Origin: Malacoraja senta
Lineage: Eukaryota
Direction of reading: 5' to 3'
Length of the DNA: 64,000 bases
Assembly (NCBI GenBank): GCA_038087875.1
Contig: CM075980.1
Coordinates: forward strand, 10,292,001 to 10,356,000
This document shows positions 47,820 through 59,630 of the stretch, piece by piece. Below the pieces are notes generated by a model. The model was given only the letters and a program-made list of their open reading frames with translations, ran no database searches and was not told the DNA's origin. A program made the position numbers and the translations under genes. Within the stretch, counting starts at the first letter, position 1, and each line of letters starts with the position of its first letter.

Positions 47820-48172
47820 TTCTCCCACTATTCCATGTGCCCGGAAGATGCTGCCATCCGTTGCCAACGGGAAGAAGGTACAGGAGCTTGAAATCTGGAA
47901 CATCCAGGTTCAAGAACAGCTTCTTCCCCACAGCCATCAGGCTATTAAACTCGCCATCAAACAAACTCTGAACAATAACAGCCTATTGCACTTTATCTGT
48001 TTATTTATTGTGTGTATATATATGGTCTATGGTATATAGACACACTGAACATTTATCTCCTGTTCCGTATTATGTTTACATATTCTGTTGTGCTGCAGCA
48101 AGCAAGAATTTCATTGTCCTATCTGGGACACATGACAATAAAACTATATTGACTCTTGACTCTTGACTCTTG
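47820..48172 (+). mobile_element. Rex1-like LINE 3' end with (GACTCTT)n tail
   Basis: caggttcaagaacagcttcttccc...ttcattgtcc..catgacaataaa. Confidence 0.7.
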
Positions 48173-48324
48173 TGTATGTAATTAGATAATACGTGTCACA
48201 ACCGCTTGCTGCCAGCAAATAGTGAACCAAAACTTTAAGAAGGTGAGGACATCAGAACGGAATAGTGAGAGGTCAAAGCTGTCTAAATAGCTATGCAGGC
48301 TGATCAGCACGTCCCGGATATAGC

Positions 48325-48600
48325 ATATGATACGATATGATAGAACTTTATTAATCCCAGGAGCGAAAATGATCTGTCAACAGTCATAAAAACACAAAAT
48401 AAAGTGAAGAGTGAAATTAAAGTGACGAGTAGAAAGGATTGGGGGATGTGCAAAGATCGGGGGGGGGGGTGGGGTGGTGAGGGAGGAGGGAGGAGAAAGG
48501 AGGGCGGGGAGGCAGTCTCCGTCTACCACACGACAGAAGGGGGAGTAGTTGAAAAGTTTGATAGCCACAGGGAAGAATAATCTCCTGTGGCGTTCTGTGG
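48325..48600 (-). mobile_element. Rex1-like LINE 3' end
   Basis: gatagaactttattaatcccagg tail; RHRRLFFPVAIKLFN. Confidence 0.6.
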
Positions 48601-50064
48601 CGGATATGTTCGGAACTACATCTAGGACAGCGGTTTTCCGTGTATTCAATTTCGCAACTGTTCTATCCTTACTCCTTATCGTACACCTTTTGTAGTTTCC
48701 ACACAGGCCTTTATCCAACCATTTGCCAATCAACCCACCCCGCCTTATCTATATCCACCAATCACTTGCCAGATTTTGTCCCGCCAACAGCCCTCTTCCA
48801 ACGTAAAGTGGAGATTGACAGGTTCTTAGAGAATGGAGGTGAGAGGTAAAATAGATCAGCCATGATAGAATAGCGAAGCAGGTTCGATGGACCGAATGGC
48901 CTAATTCTGCTCCCACGTCTTATGAAATTATGACCCCCATCACCACTACAATCAGAAATTAGAAGAAGGGTCCCGACCCAAAACGTCGCATATCCATGTT
49001 CTCTAGATGTGATGGCTCACCCACTGATCTACTTCAGCATTGGATCTTTTTTGTAAGGATTTATGCCGGTCGTAAGGATTTGGGAATAACCATGATTCTG
49101 CTTTTGTTTGCACCCATGATTCTGATAAAAGCTTATCTCTGACAATAGCACTAATTTTGTACTAAGCAATGGGATGTACTAGATTCTGTATGAATTTTAA
49201 AATCATAAACATGCATAAACATTGACGTAAAGTCCTCAAGATTCGTTATCACATCCAATAACCTGCAAACTATCTAAAGCTTCTATGTTAATTAGGCAAT
49301 TTCCGACGCCCAGATTTGTTTTATGTGGTTCTTAAATACAGTAATAACCTTAAGCAAAATTTTATAACATTCATTTGGTTTGGTTCTACTTTCCCTGGCG
49401 TATTATGCACCCTCCGGAAACAATCATCCGCCGCAAACAAATCACCACGCCTTTTGTGGAGTAGCACTCGGGTATTAGAGCTGAAATTCTCAATTATCTT
49501 GAGCCGATGCTTCGATCTTTAGAAATCATGTTCCCTGAATTATTTCCCTGGAAGTTCCTTTTTGTGGAGTAACAAAAATGCATAGGTGAGTCATAACTTC
49601 GTCATGTTTGTATCCAGTTTCCATAGCGATAAAGGGCACCTTTTGGTAATTTTGATGTATACAATCTACTTGCCAGATCTGTGTCATCTTAATTGACTAT
49701 TGGCTGTCACATCTGGTCTCCTTAAGTATCATCAGCACTGATTTCCGGTCAAATTCGAGCCTTCATTAAAGTCGTTTTAAGGTTGTAAAAGAGTTGAGGG
49801 CCCACACAACAGTTTGCATTACAAACCAGAACCAGACCTGATTATGCCTACTCTCGGTTTCCTGACAGATGATTTTCGATTCACCATAGATACGACCTCT
49901 GCACTGCGCGGTTTTATTTTTCTGCAACACGTTGTTGCTGCGGCACGTTATCCTAGAAAATCCGAGTGCATGCACCACTACCCTTATTTGGACAATACAC
50001 ATCAATTCTTCAAAGAATTCTATTACATTAGTCAAACGTAACCTTACGCCATCGTAAAGGACAG

Positions 50065-51340
50065 CTTTAAGGACTGCATCCGTGCTACCTTCTGCACCCA
50101 TGCAGAACCCATGGACTTCATCAACTTCACCACTAATTTTCATCCTGCACTCAAATTTACTTGGACCATCTCCGGCACCACCCTCCCCTTTCTTGATGTC
50201 ACAATCTCCATCACAGGAAATAGACTATTGACTGACGTATATTACAAACCCACTGACTCACACAACTATCTCGACTACACTTCTTCCCAACCTGCTTCCT
50301 GCAAAGACTCTATGCCCTACTCCATATTCCCCCATCTACGCCGCATCTGCGCCCAAGATGAGGTGTTCCATACCAGGACATCCGAGATGTCCTCATTATT
50401 TAGAGAACGGGGGTTCCCCTCTTCCATCATAGATGAGGCCCTGACTGGTGTCTCCTCGGTACCCCGCAGCTCCGCCTTTGCTCCCCCTCCCCCTAGTCAC
50501 AACAGAGACAGAGTCCCGCTAGTCCTTACCTTCCACCCCATCAGCCATCGCATACAACACATAATGCTCCGAAATTTCCGCCACCTCCAACGGGATCCCT
50601 CCACTAGCCACATTTTCCCATCTTCACCCCTTTCCGCCTTCCGCAGAGACCGTTCCCTCCGCAACTCCCTGGTTAACTTATCCTTTCCCACCCAAATCAC
50701 CCTCTTCCCAGATACCTTACCCTGTAATCGCAGAAGATGCAACACCTGTCCCTATTCCTCCTCCCTCGTCTCTGTCGAGGGACCCCGACAGTCCTTTCAG
50801 GTTAGGCAGAGATTCACTTGCACCTCCTCCAACCTCATCTACTGTATCCGTTGTTGAAGGTGTGGACTCTCATACATCGGTGAGACCAAATGTAGACAGG
50901 GCCATCTTTTCGCAGAACACTTTCACTCAGCGCGCCTGAACCCACCTGATCTCCCGATTATCGGACACTTTAATTCTCTTTCCCATTCCTACACAGACCT
51001 CTCTGTCCTAGGTCTCCTCCATTGTCAGAGTGAGGCTAAACGCAAATTGGAGGAACATCATCTCATATTCCGCTTGGGCAGCTTACAGCCCAGTGGTATG
51101 AATATTGATTTATCTCACTTCAGGTAGCCCCGGCATTCCCTATCTCGCTATCCCTCCCCCACCCAAGTCGCACTAGCTTCGCGTTTTCACCCTACAAACA
51201 GCTAACAATTGCATGTTTCCTCCATCATCTTTACTTTTTTGCATATATTTTATTCATTGTTCTTTATCTCTCCACATCATCGTCTATATCTCTCGTTTCC
51301 CCAATCCCTAACCAGTCTGAAGAAGGGTCTCGTCCCGAAA
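50065..51340 (+). mobile_element. Penelope-like element: RT C-terminus, GIY-YIG endonuclease, 3'UTR
   Basis: DFINFTTNFHPALKFTW, YYKPTDSHNYLDY, C..RRC.TC, LIYCIRC..CGLSYIGET; ends in CTGAAGAAGGGTCTCGTCCCGAAA. Confidence 0.88.
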
Positions 51341-51389
51341 TTGCAAGTCAGTTAATCCAACGTCAGAGGTAGGGAATTTTAAAAAGGCT

Positions 51390-52480
51390 TGCCCATTGAT
51401 GATCTGCATGACTTGTTGGTGGAAGATTTTGTCTGACGATGTGAATTTTCAAACTGGTAACTAACATATTCATGAAGGCAGTGTCGTTAACGCCGTTTGC
51501 ATAAGCTACAGTAAAACGGATGACAAGATTACATTTGGTAAATTGGTGCAAAATATTCGAGCCCATTGTATCCAAGGCAAATTAGCAAATTGGATCTAAA
51601 TTGGTTTAGGTATTACGAGGCAGTAGATAATGGTGGGCAATTGCTTTTGCGAATGGAAGCCTGTGACCAGCGTTGTAAACAACGATCAGTGACGGCTATT
51701 TGCTATTTTCATATATGAAGTCTATAATTCAGCCGGGCATGTAGGAGATATGATTAATAAGGTGGCACGCCAAGCGGTGGTTGATACCGAGAGTGTCAGT
51801 CTGCAAAATGATATCGATCATCGGGTAAAATGTGAAAGATAATTACATGTGGAATTTAATCCTGATAATTATGCGGTGTTGCATATTAGGGTTTTACATA
51901 ATGGTAGGCCATATACCATGAATGGTCGGGCCCTGGGGCATTGAAGAACATAGGGTTCGCAGTCTACGGTTGGAAAGTTCCATGGACATAGCAGGGCACG
52001 TATGAAGTGATAAATAAGGCTTATCGCTGTCTTATAAATAAGGCTTATAATGAAGTATTGTCTTCATTAGCGCGTGCATAAAATATAAGAGATCGGACTT
52101 ACTTCAACGTTATAAAACATTGGGTATTCTGTGACGTTCTACGAATATTCTGTGCAGTTCTGATCAGCACAGTATAGAACGAACGTGACTATACTGGAGG
52201 GTTTGCACAAAATATTCACTTGGATGTTGCCTGTGATGGAATGTTTCAGTCCCAAGGAAAGACTCGATAGGCCAACGTTTTCTATGAACTAGTTAAGTTT
52301 GTGTGTGAACATAATTGTGATATACAAAATTACGAGGAACATAAATAATGTAGAAGTAAGCCACTTTTGTACACAGCAGAGGTGTCCAAGCCAGGATCTA
52401 AGGGAGTAATTTCTCATCCAACATGCTTTTGCCATTTGGAATGCACTGTAGCTTCTGAATGAGCACCGCAGTCAAGGTAA
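51390..52480 (+). mobile_element. Highly decayed CR1
   Basis: Residual RT-region similarity (tggaagcctgtgaccag, ttctgtgcagttctg). Confidence 0.45.
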
Positions 52481-54169
52481 GTTAATATCTAATGTTAGTA
52501 AACTTCTCTCTATCTAGCAACGAGAGATACACTACAGCCAGAGCAGACATATTTTTTTCAAAGCTTTAGCATGACGAGTTGATATGCTCCACTGTCCTAT
52601 CCTCTGCCTCTGTTTCCAAAACCAAGATTAATTTAATCTCTTTCATAACCCGTGTGTTCCCACAACGTCAATAAAACGCCTTGTTCCTGAAAAAGATTAA
52701 AATTGATATTTACTTCAATGCCTTCAGGAAATAATCGAACCAAAATTAATCGCATTATCCATCAATACGTCAAATTTGAATCACCATTGATAGCAAGGTA
52801 TTTGTCACACATCTCTAATTAACCATAAGTATGCGATGGGGTGCTTATTGAATCACTGAAGTCTTCTGGGGATCGGACCCCAATTCTGTTATTGAAAAGG
52901 GATTTCCAGGACACAGGCCCAGCAATCACAAAGCGTGGTCATATATTTCCCATTAAATGTGGTCTGTGACTTGATAGCAACAGTGCTGCTCCCATGCACA
53001 CAATTAGCTCTCAACCTGATTGAGCACGGAGGTGTTGTCCGTTTGTCCTGGGAAAACAATGTATTTTGTATACGCAAACAGTGTCTTCATAATTCATTGT
53101 TACTTGCAGCGAGTGAACATATAGAATGGGGCAAGTGTCAAATAAAGCGTATTATTTTGTTGTGAATGAAGTTCAATTACTTGATTGCTGTCGGAGCTGC
53201 ACACATCCAGGTAAGCTGAAAGCATTTCAGAGGTACTAAGCTGTATTAAAAAATCGGAAACAAAGCTTGAGACATTGATGCCTCTGCTTGGCTTGTTTAC
53301 AAGTCACCGATCTGAGGACTTCATAGGTGAGAGTTTTAACTGTACAGGCACATTAGTGGAAAAGACCGCTCTCTTTTGATTAATTGTCAGTCAAATTGTA
53401 AGAGTCCAAATAAGAAAGTGTTGATATTTTTCGGTTCCTTAGGCTGTATTTTCTTGTTGATATGCTTTAGCATTGATTCATACTGTGCTGTAGCAATCCA
53501 TAATATGAAAAGAGGCTTTCGTTATAAATAGAGGGTTTGGTTCGCAGTAAGAAATGTGCGTACGTAATATCAAGCAACGCTGTTCACATCTAAATATAAT
53601 TTCATATATCGAATGAAGGTTGACAGAATTCATACCATGGCAATCCAAACACCTACAGACTCACTTCACCTTTTTAACGGATAAAGCTACCTTGGCGATG
53701 AAATATATTTCTCAATTTCCTTCTCAATTTCACGTGCAAAGTCAGTGAACCTGAACTAACCTTGGGTGCTACGAGCAAACATGGTTTCAAAAAATAACTC
53801 CAAAATCTTTACATTGGCTTTGACAGTGACTTGCGTAGACAGTAACATGGTCAGAATTGGCACCGAGATTTATAAAAAATCATAAATAATTTGCAGTCAA
53901 TTGCAAATTCGCTTTCAGACATCTCCTAGTCGCTATCTTCATCATAATATTCACCAGTTCAAATACAATGTGCAATTAAAGGGAAGAAGGAACAAGTCAC
54001 GCGCAGTAGGATGACACAGTGAGATCAGATTAATCAGCACTGGATATGATGAGTTACTTCCATGAATATAATTTATTTTAATATACACTCTCTGCAACCA
54101 CACAGAAAATGATTCAAACAAAATGCGAAACCATAATTGAATGTCCCGTTTCAAATAAAACAAAATCTC

Positions 54170-54305
54170 CAGTTGTAGGAAGGAACTGCAGATGCTGGTT
54201 TACACCGAAGATAGGCACAAATTGCTGGGCTTAAAATGGAATAGGTGACGTTTCGGGTTGCGACCCTTCTTCATAGTCACGGGAGAGGGAAACGAGAGAT
54301 ATCAA
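54170..54305 (-). mobile_element. Penelope terminal-repeat fragment upstream of the cluster 4 promoter
   Basis: aggaaggaactgcagatgctggttt...ggtgacgtttcgggttgcgacccttcttca. Confidence 0.65.
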
Positions 54306-54423
54306 AACAGAATCTCTTACGTGCTTGGAAATATATTAAATTGTACCGAGATACATAATTGGAAACTAAATCCTTATCTACCTAACATTTCGGAAATAAT
54401 TTGACACAGGAACAATTTGGCAA

Positions 54424-54510
54424 CATTTGATTGGCTCAGCATCCATTCTGATTTGAGTGTTTTGCATAAGTAAGGAAGGCAGTGACGCATCGCAACAGGG
54501 TTCATAAGCG
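54424..54510 (+). promoter_or_regulatory. V promoter, cluster 4
   Basis: ATTGG at 54430-54434, TTTTGCAT at 54460-54467, CRE-like TGACGCA at 54483-54489, TTCATAAG at the TATA-equivalent position. Confidence 0.62.
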
Positions 54511-54568
54511 ACCTGGAGAGACACCTGATTAGCCACTTCATCTGGCGCCCTCCACCCAAATAATTACA

Positions 54569-54617
54569 ATGTCTTGCTGGATGCCACTAGTTTGTGCGTT
54601 AGCATTTTCCGCAGCGT
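54569..54617 (+). CDS. IGL: Leader exon, cluster 4
   Basis: ATG at 54569, GTGAGT at 54618. Confidence 0.9.
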
Positions 54618-57600
54618 GTGAGTATTTTACTTCCAATGTTATTTAATCTGGAGTGCGATTAAAAGTTTAGATATCTGACACTTCTGCTGTTTCGCTAATA
54701 TTGGTTAATGTTGTACTTTTTTCTGGTTTGTTTTCCAGACATAAATGCGCAAGTTACACTAAATCAGCCGTCTTCAAAATCCACGTCTCCGGGGCAAAAC
54801 GCGCAAATAACCTGCATCATGACTGGCAGCAGTTTAAGTACCAACACTGTTTCCTGGTACCAGCAGATTCCCGGAGCGGTTCCGCGGTTTCTGTTCTACT
54901 ATTACTCGGGCAGCAGCATTACTAGAGGCTCGGGAGTTTCTGACCGTTTCTCCGGATCAGTGTCAGGCAACACTGCAACATTGACAATAGCGAATGTGCA
55001 GTCTGGGGACGCTGCGGATTACTACTGTGCTGTGTGGACAAATCCTTTAATCTTCGGCAAAGGAACGAGGCTGGGTATTGGCAGTAAGTAAACTATCTTC
55101 TACCTATGGGTTATTGATACTGCTGTGAAAAATAATTAGTTTTTTGTCGCTGATTGATGTTTCCAATAAAATACTTTTAAAGCTGATTTTTTAAGAATAC
55201 CCGACCAAGATCGAATCTCCTTTGGTAAATTGGTTGACAACAGCACCGAAAGGACGAAATGACTGTCCAGCTGTTTTTTTAAATTCTTAATTACTTTTCG
55301 GACGATGAGCTAACAATGATCAAGCCAGGGTAAGAATAAAACCGACCGTATGGAAATGGGAAATAACATTAGAGTGACAAGGAACTGCAGATGCTGATTT
55401 ACAAAAAAACCACCCAAAAAAGCAATAGAGTGCCTCAGTGGGTCAGGCAGCTCTCTGGTAAACATAGATTGGTGACGTTTCGGGCCAGGGACGGAAGAAC
55501 ATGAATGGAGTCGACAGTCGACAATAAAGTGAAGGAATTCAAGAATATATGCAGGTCCCGACCCGAAACGCCTCATTCATCTTCTCCAGAGAAGCTCCCG
55601 AACCGCTAAGTTACTCCATCACGTTGTGTCTCTTTCGGGAAATTATTTTTTGCCTTTAATGGCGCCTAGAATTCTAATGGAACGATGCACCTTCTATAGT
55701 AGCTCATTTTCTGTTGATATTCCATCACGAAATGTAAAATGTGGGGATTCTGCGGATCACTAGACCCTGATGGGGTTTTCCCAACATCATGAACATGGAG
55801 AAATGTGGATTCTTGAAAATTATTGGTTCTCATCCAAGAATCGGCACGGTGGCGCTGTGGTTTAGCGCTGCCTTGGATTTCAAATTCCAAATTTCACCTG
55901 GCGCTGAAAGCGCTGTAACCCAGTCAGTTCCATCCCGACTACGGGTGCTCTCTGTAAGGAGTTTTTAGATTCTCCCCGTGACTGTGTGGGGTTTCTCCGA
56001 GATCTTCGGTTTTCTACCACACTACAAAGACGCACAGACCTGTAGGTTAATTGGCTCGGTATAAATGTAAATTGTCCCTAGTGTTTGTAGGGTAGCGTTA
56101 ATATGGGGGGATCGCTGGTCGGTGCAAACTCGTTGTGCCGAAGGGCCCGTTTCCGCGCTGTATTTCTACAGTTCGCAACCTGATGAGAGTTTTATGGCAA
56201 ACAATGAAAGAGGAAATTAAACAAAATTCTGATTTAGCCGAGGAATTTGAACAGTCCTCTTCAGAGAAGTTAAGAAATATTGAGTTAATTTCACAATGTC
56301 ACGTGTTATCGGAGTAGAATTAGGATCGAATCTACTCCGCCATTCAATCATGTTTGATCTCTCCCTCTTAATCCAATTTTCCTGCCTTCTCCCCTTAACA
56401 TCCATTCTAATCAAGAATTTGTCGATCTCTGCCTTAAAAATATCCACTGAATTTCAAATAAATTAAATCATATTTCGAGAGGACTAACTGCCATATTTAT
56501 CTTTGTCCTGTTTATACTTTTAAAACTGCTTAATTATTGCTTGTATGCTTTTTCTGTAAGTGCTAAAGAATGTCCAATATTTAGCCGGGGTAACCATAGG
56601 AAGCAAACAATTACGCGGTGCGCAGTGTAGTACAGCAACATTGGATATGAAATCGTCCATCGTTATGAATCTATGTTTTATTTTTTATTTTTATGCTTTC
56701 AAATGTTTGCTTAATTGTGTCACCCGGACATATTCAAAGTCAATGTACCTAAACACACTGCGGCCAATGATTTGCTGCGAATGCGATATTGAATTCATTT
56801 CGTGATTTTAAATTCCGGTACCTATGAGTATTGTTGGCAGATGTAATTGTCATTACGCTTAGAGCATGCGGATTCTGGAATCAAGGGGACAGCGAATATT
56901 TCAATTTTACACGAAAAATAACTGAAAAAGTGAAAGCAATTTGCGTATTGAATTTCCCAACAATATCAGTAATCAGCAAATGAATACAGCCCATTTTCTT
57001 TTTTGCCATTGAGTGCACGGAGTGAGATTCGCTGTTCAAATTCAGAAATTGAGTTATTTTTTTACTTCAAAAAGAAGAAACGTATACGTTTCAACATAAA
57101 TGTATATCATGTCAAAAGCAATTAAAAATGCGGCAACACAGTGAATTTACTCTTGCTGCAAAACTAGTCTATGCATCGATGGGTAAAATGGCAAATTATT
57201 CGTGTCCCTGTTATCAAATCCTTCATGACTCTTCGGTCTTTGGTCTTAATAAATGAAAGTGTCTAAATAAGATGTTTTAAGAGAGTTCAGTTGAAATTGG
57301 TACAACAGTTCCATAATAAGAAAACCCCGCAAATGGCTGTCGGGTACAACACACGATTTTTATTTCAACTGGAACCAATGGAAGTAATAATTTGGAGATC
57401 AATTAAAAACACTTACGAAATAATTTATGTTAAACCACTAAATAGAACGTGTCCAATTGTCATAAATACAAATTAATCTTCAGAGATCACGCCTGGAAAA
57501 TATCTCACGTGCGCAATTGAACAATTTGAAACAAGTAGAGGAACAATGTTTATTCATTAAAATGAATGGATCCATGGTATTTTAACAATGTTTTAACCGA

Positions 57601-57968
57601 AGCAGTTCTTCAACCCCCACTAATCTGTGATATTATTTTAAACAGCACCTCGCGCCCCCACAGTGTCCGTCCTCCGACCTTCAGCGGAAGAAATCACGGG
57701 AAAGGGCACCGCCACCCTGGTGTGTTTGGTGAGCGGGTTTAATCCGGGTGCAGTAAACATTGAGTGGACCGTGGACGGCAGTGCGAGAAGTGACGGCGTT
57801 GAGACCAGCCGAATCCAGCAGGAGAAGGACAACACGTTCAGTGCGAGCAGTTACCTGACTCTGCCTGCCACAGTCTGGAACTCAAACCAGCTTTACTCCT
57901 GTGTGGTTAACCACGAAACCCAGGCAATCCCGCATAAGGCAAACATCGCCAGATCCGGCTGTATCTAA
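54569..57968 (+). CDS. IGL: Ig light chain cluster 4, lambda/type II, germline-joined VJ (exons 54569-54617, 54739-55083, 57646-57968; 238 aa)
   Basis: Leader MSCWMPLVCALAFSAA; V-J QVTLNQPSS...YYCAVWTNPLIFGKGTRLGIG; C ending RSGCI; canonical splice sites; 717 nt in frame. Confidence 0.93.
54739..55083 (+). CDS. IGLV-IGLJ: Fused V-J exon, cluster 4 (CDR3 AVWTNPLI)
   Basis: ttttccag acceptor, V hallmarks, FGKG, donor at 55084. Confidence 0.95.
55378..55635. mobile_element. Penelope-derived fold-back element in the cluster 4 J-C intron
   Basis: Inverted arms around a spacer; partial cores ggtgacgtttcgggcc and cccgacccgaaacgcc. Confidence 0.6.
55843..56170 (+). mobile_element. V-SINE (HE1-like), near full length
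   Basis: tRNA-like head, V-domain tctccccgtgactgtgtggggtttctccg..ggttttctaccacac, tail gaagggcccgtttccgcgctgtatttcta. Confidence 0.8.
57646..57968 (+). CDS. IGLC: Constant exon, cluster 4
   Basis: aaacag acceptor; TPRAPTVSVLRPS...RSGCI-stop. Confidence 0.95.
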
Positions 57969-58110
57969 AACTCCCCAATTCCACCTAATGGAGCTGTAGA
58001 GATATATGTTGGTCCGTCTTTCTTTCTTTCTTTCTGAGAAATTGGTCGGGAAATATTGTTTGTTTGCGTTTAAAATCGTCGTTTGTCTTGCCAATTGTGA
58101 ACGCCATTGC

Positions 58111-58116
58111 ATTAAA
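58111..58116 (+). terminator. Variant poly(A) signal, cluster 4 (site A equivalent)
   Basis: ATTAAAgcaatcaa aligns with AATAAAgcatcaa of cluster 1; a further AATAAA lies at 58257-58262. Confidence 0.45.
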
Positions 58117-58434
58117 GCAATCAAATTGTTAATTGAACCTCCTATGTTATTCAATCTCAGCTGGTGCATCTTCAAATATTCATTAATATTCAGCGGTCTG
58201 AAGATTGTATTCTGTATTTTTGCTTACTGCTATCATAAATTCAAACACGACTGTCAAATAAAACCAATAGTCCATTATTAAGAGCAATACATTTTCGTGA
58301 CTATTATTTCTGATGCGGAAGCAGTCAAATGTATGAAACCAAGATTTATGGTTTTTGACCTGATAGACAAAACAGCGATTTAGGTTGTCGAACGTTATTT
58401 AAAACCGGTGACTTTAAGTTGGTTCACTTTACCT

Positions 58435-58700
58435 NNNNNNNNNNNNNNNNNNNNNNNNNNNNNNNNNNNNNNNNNNNNNNNNNNNNNNNNNNNNNNNNNN
58501 NNNNNNNNNNNNNNNNNNNNNNNNNNNNNNNNNNNNNNNNNNNNNNNNNNNNNNNNNNNNNNNNNNNNNNNNNNNNNNNNNNNNNNNNNNNNNNNNNNNN
58601 NNNNNNNNNNNNNNNNNNNNNNNNNNNNNNNNNNNNNNNNNNNNNNNNNNNNNNNNNNNNNNNNNNNNNNNNNNNNNNNNNNNNNNNNNNNNNNNNNNNN
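58435..58700. other. Assembly gap (266 N)
   Basis: Run of N. Confidence 1.
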
Positions 58701-58809
58701 GCTCATATGGAATCTCATTCGGGTCAGGGCGGCTGAACAACATATACGGGCCTACTAATCAATTAGGAATATATGTCGAACATGATGCTAAAACTAAAGG
58801 ACCATATCC

Positions 58810-59630
58810 GACACCTCCCTCCCCTTTCTTGATCTCACAGTCTCCATCACAGGAGATAGACTATCGACTGACGTCTATTACAAACCCACTGACTCCCACA
58901 ACTATCTCGGCTAAACTACGTCCCACCCGGATTCCTGCAAAGACTATCCACTACTCCCAATTCGTCCGTCTCCACCGCATCTGCGCACAAGATGAGGTGT
59001 TCCATACCCGGACATCCGAGATGTCCTCATTCTTTAGTGAACGTGGGTTTCCCTCTCCCATCATAGATGATGCCCTCACTCGTGTCTCCTCAGTACCGCA
59101 GCACCGCCCTCCCCCCTCCCCCTAGTCGCAACAGAAACAGAGTCCCTCTAGTCCTTACCTTTTACCCCATCAGCCGTCGCATACAACACATAATCCTCCA
59201 ACATTTTCGCCACCTCCAACGGGATCCCAACACTATTCACATCTTCCCATCTCCACCACTTTCCGCCTTCCACAGAGACCGTTCCCTCTGCAACTCCCTG
59301 GGTAACTCATCGCTTCCCATCAAAATCACCCCCTCCCCAGGTATCTTCTCCTGCAACCACAGGAGATACAACACCTGTGCGTATACCTCCTCCCTCGTCT
59401 CCGTCCAGGGACCCCGACAGTCGTTTCCGGTTAGGCAAAGTTTCACTTGCACCTCCTCCAACCTCATCTACTGTATCCGTTGTTCAAGATGCGGACTCTT
59501 GATTCTCTCATATTTCGCTTGGGCAGCCTACAGTCCAGTGGCATGACTGTTGATTGCTCTAACATCAAATAATCCCGGCATCCACTCTCTCTCTTTCCAT
59601 CCCCCAACCGTCGCACCAGCTTCTTGTCTT
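58810..59630 (+). mobile_element. Penelope-like element fragment with internal deletion of the GIY-YIG core
   Basis: Close to 50180-51150 (RRICAQDEVFHTRTSEMSS, TCTSSNLIYCIRC), then jumps to ctcatatttcgcttgggcagc. Confidence 0.85.

Noticed and set aside
55843-55940. tRNA gene
   Set aside because: tRNA-derived SINE head followed by V-domain and LINE-like tail; no cloverleaf.
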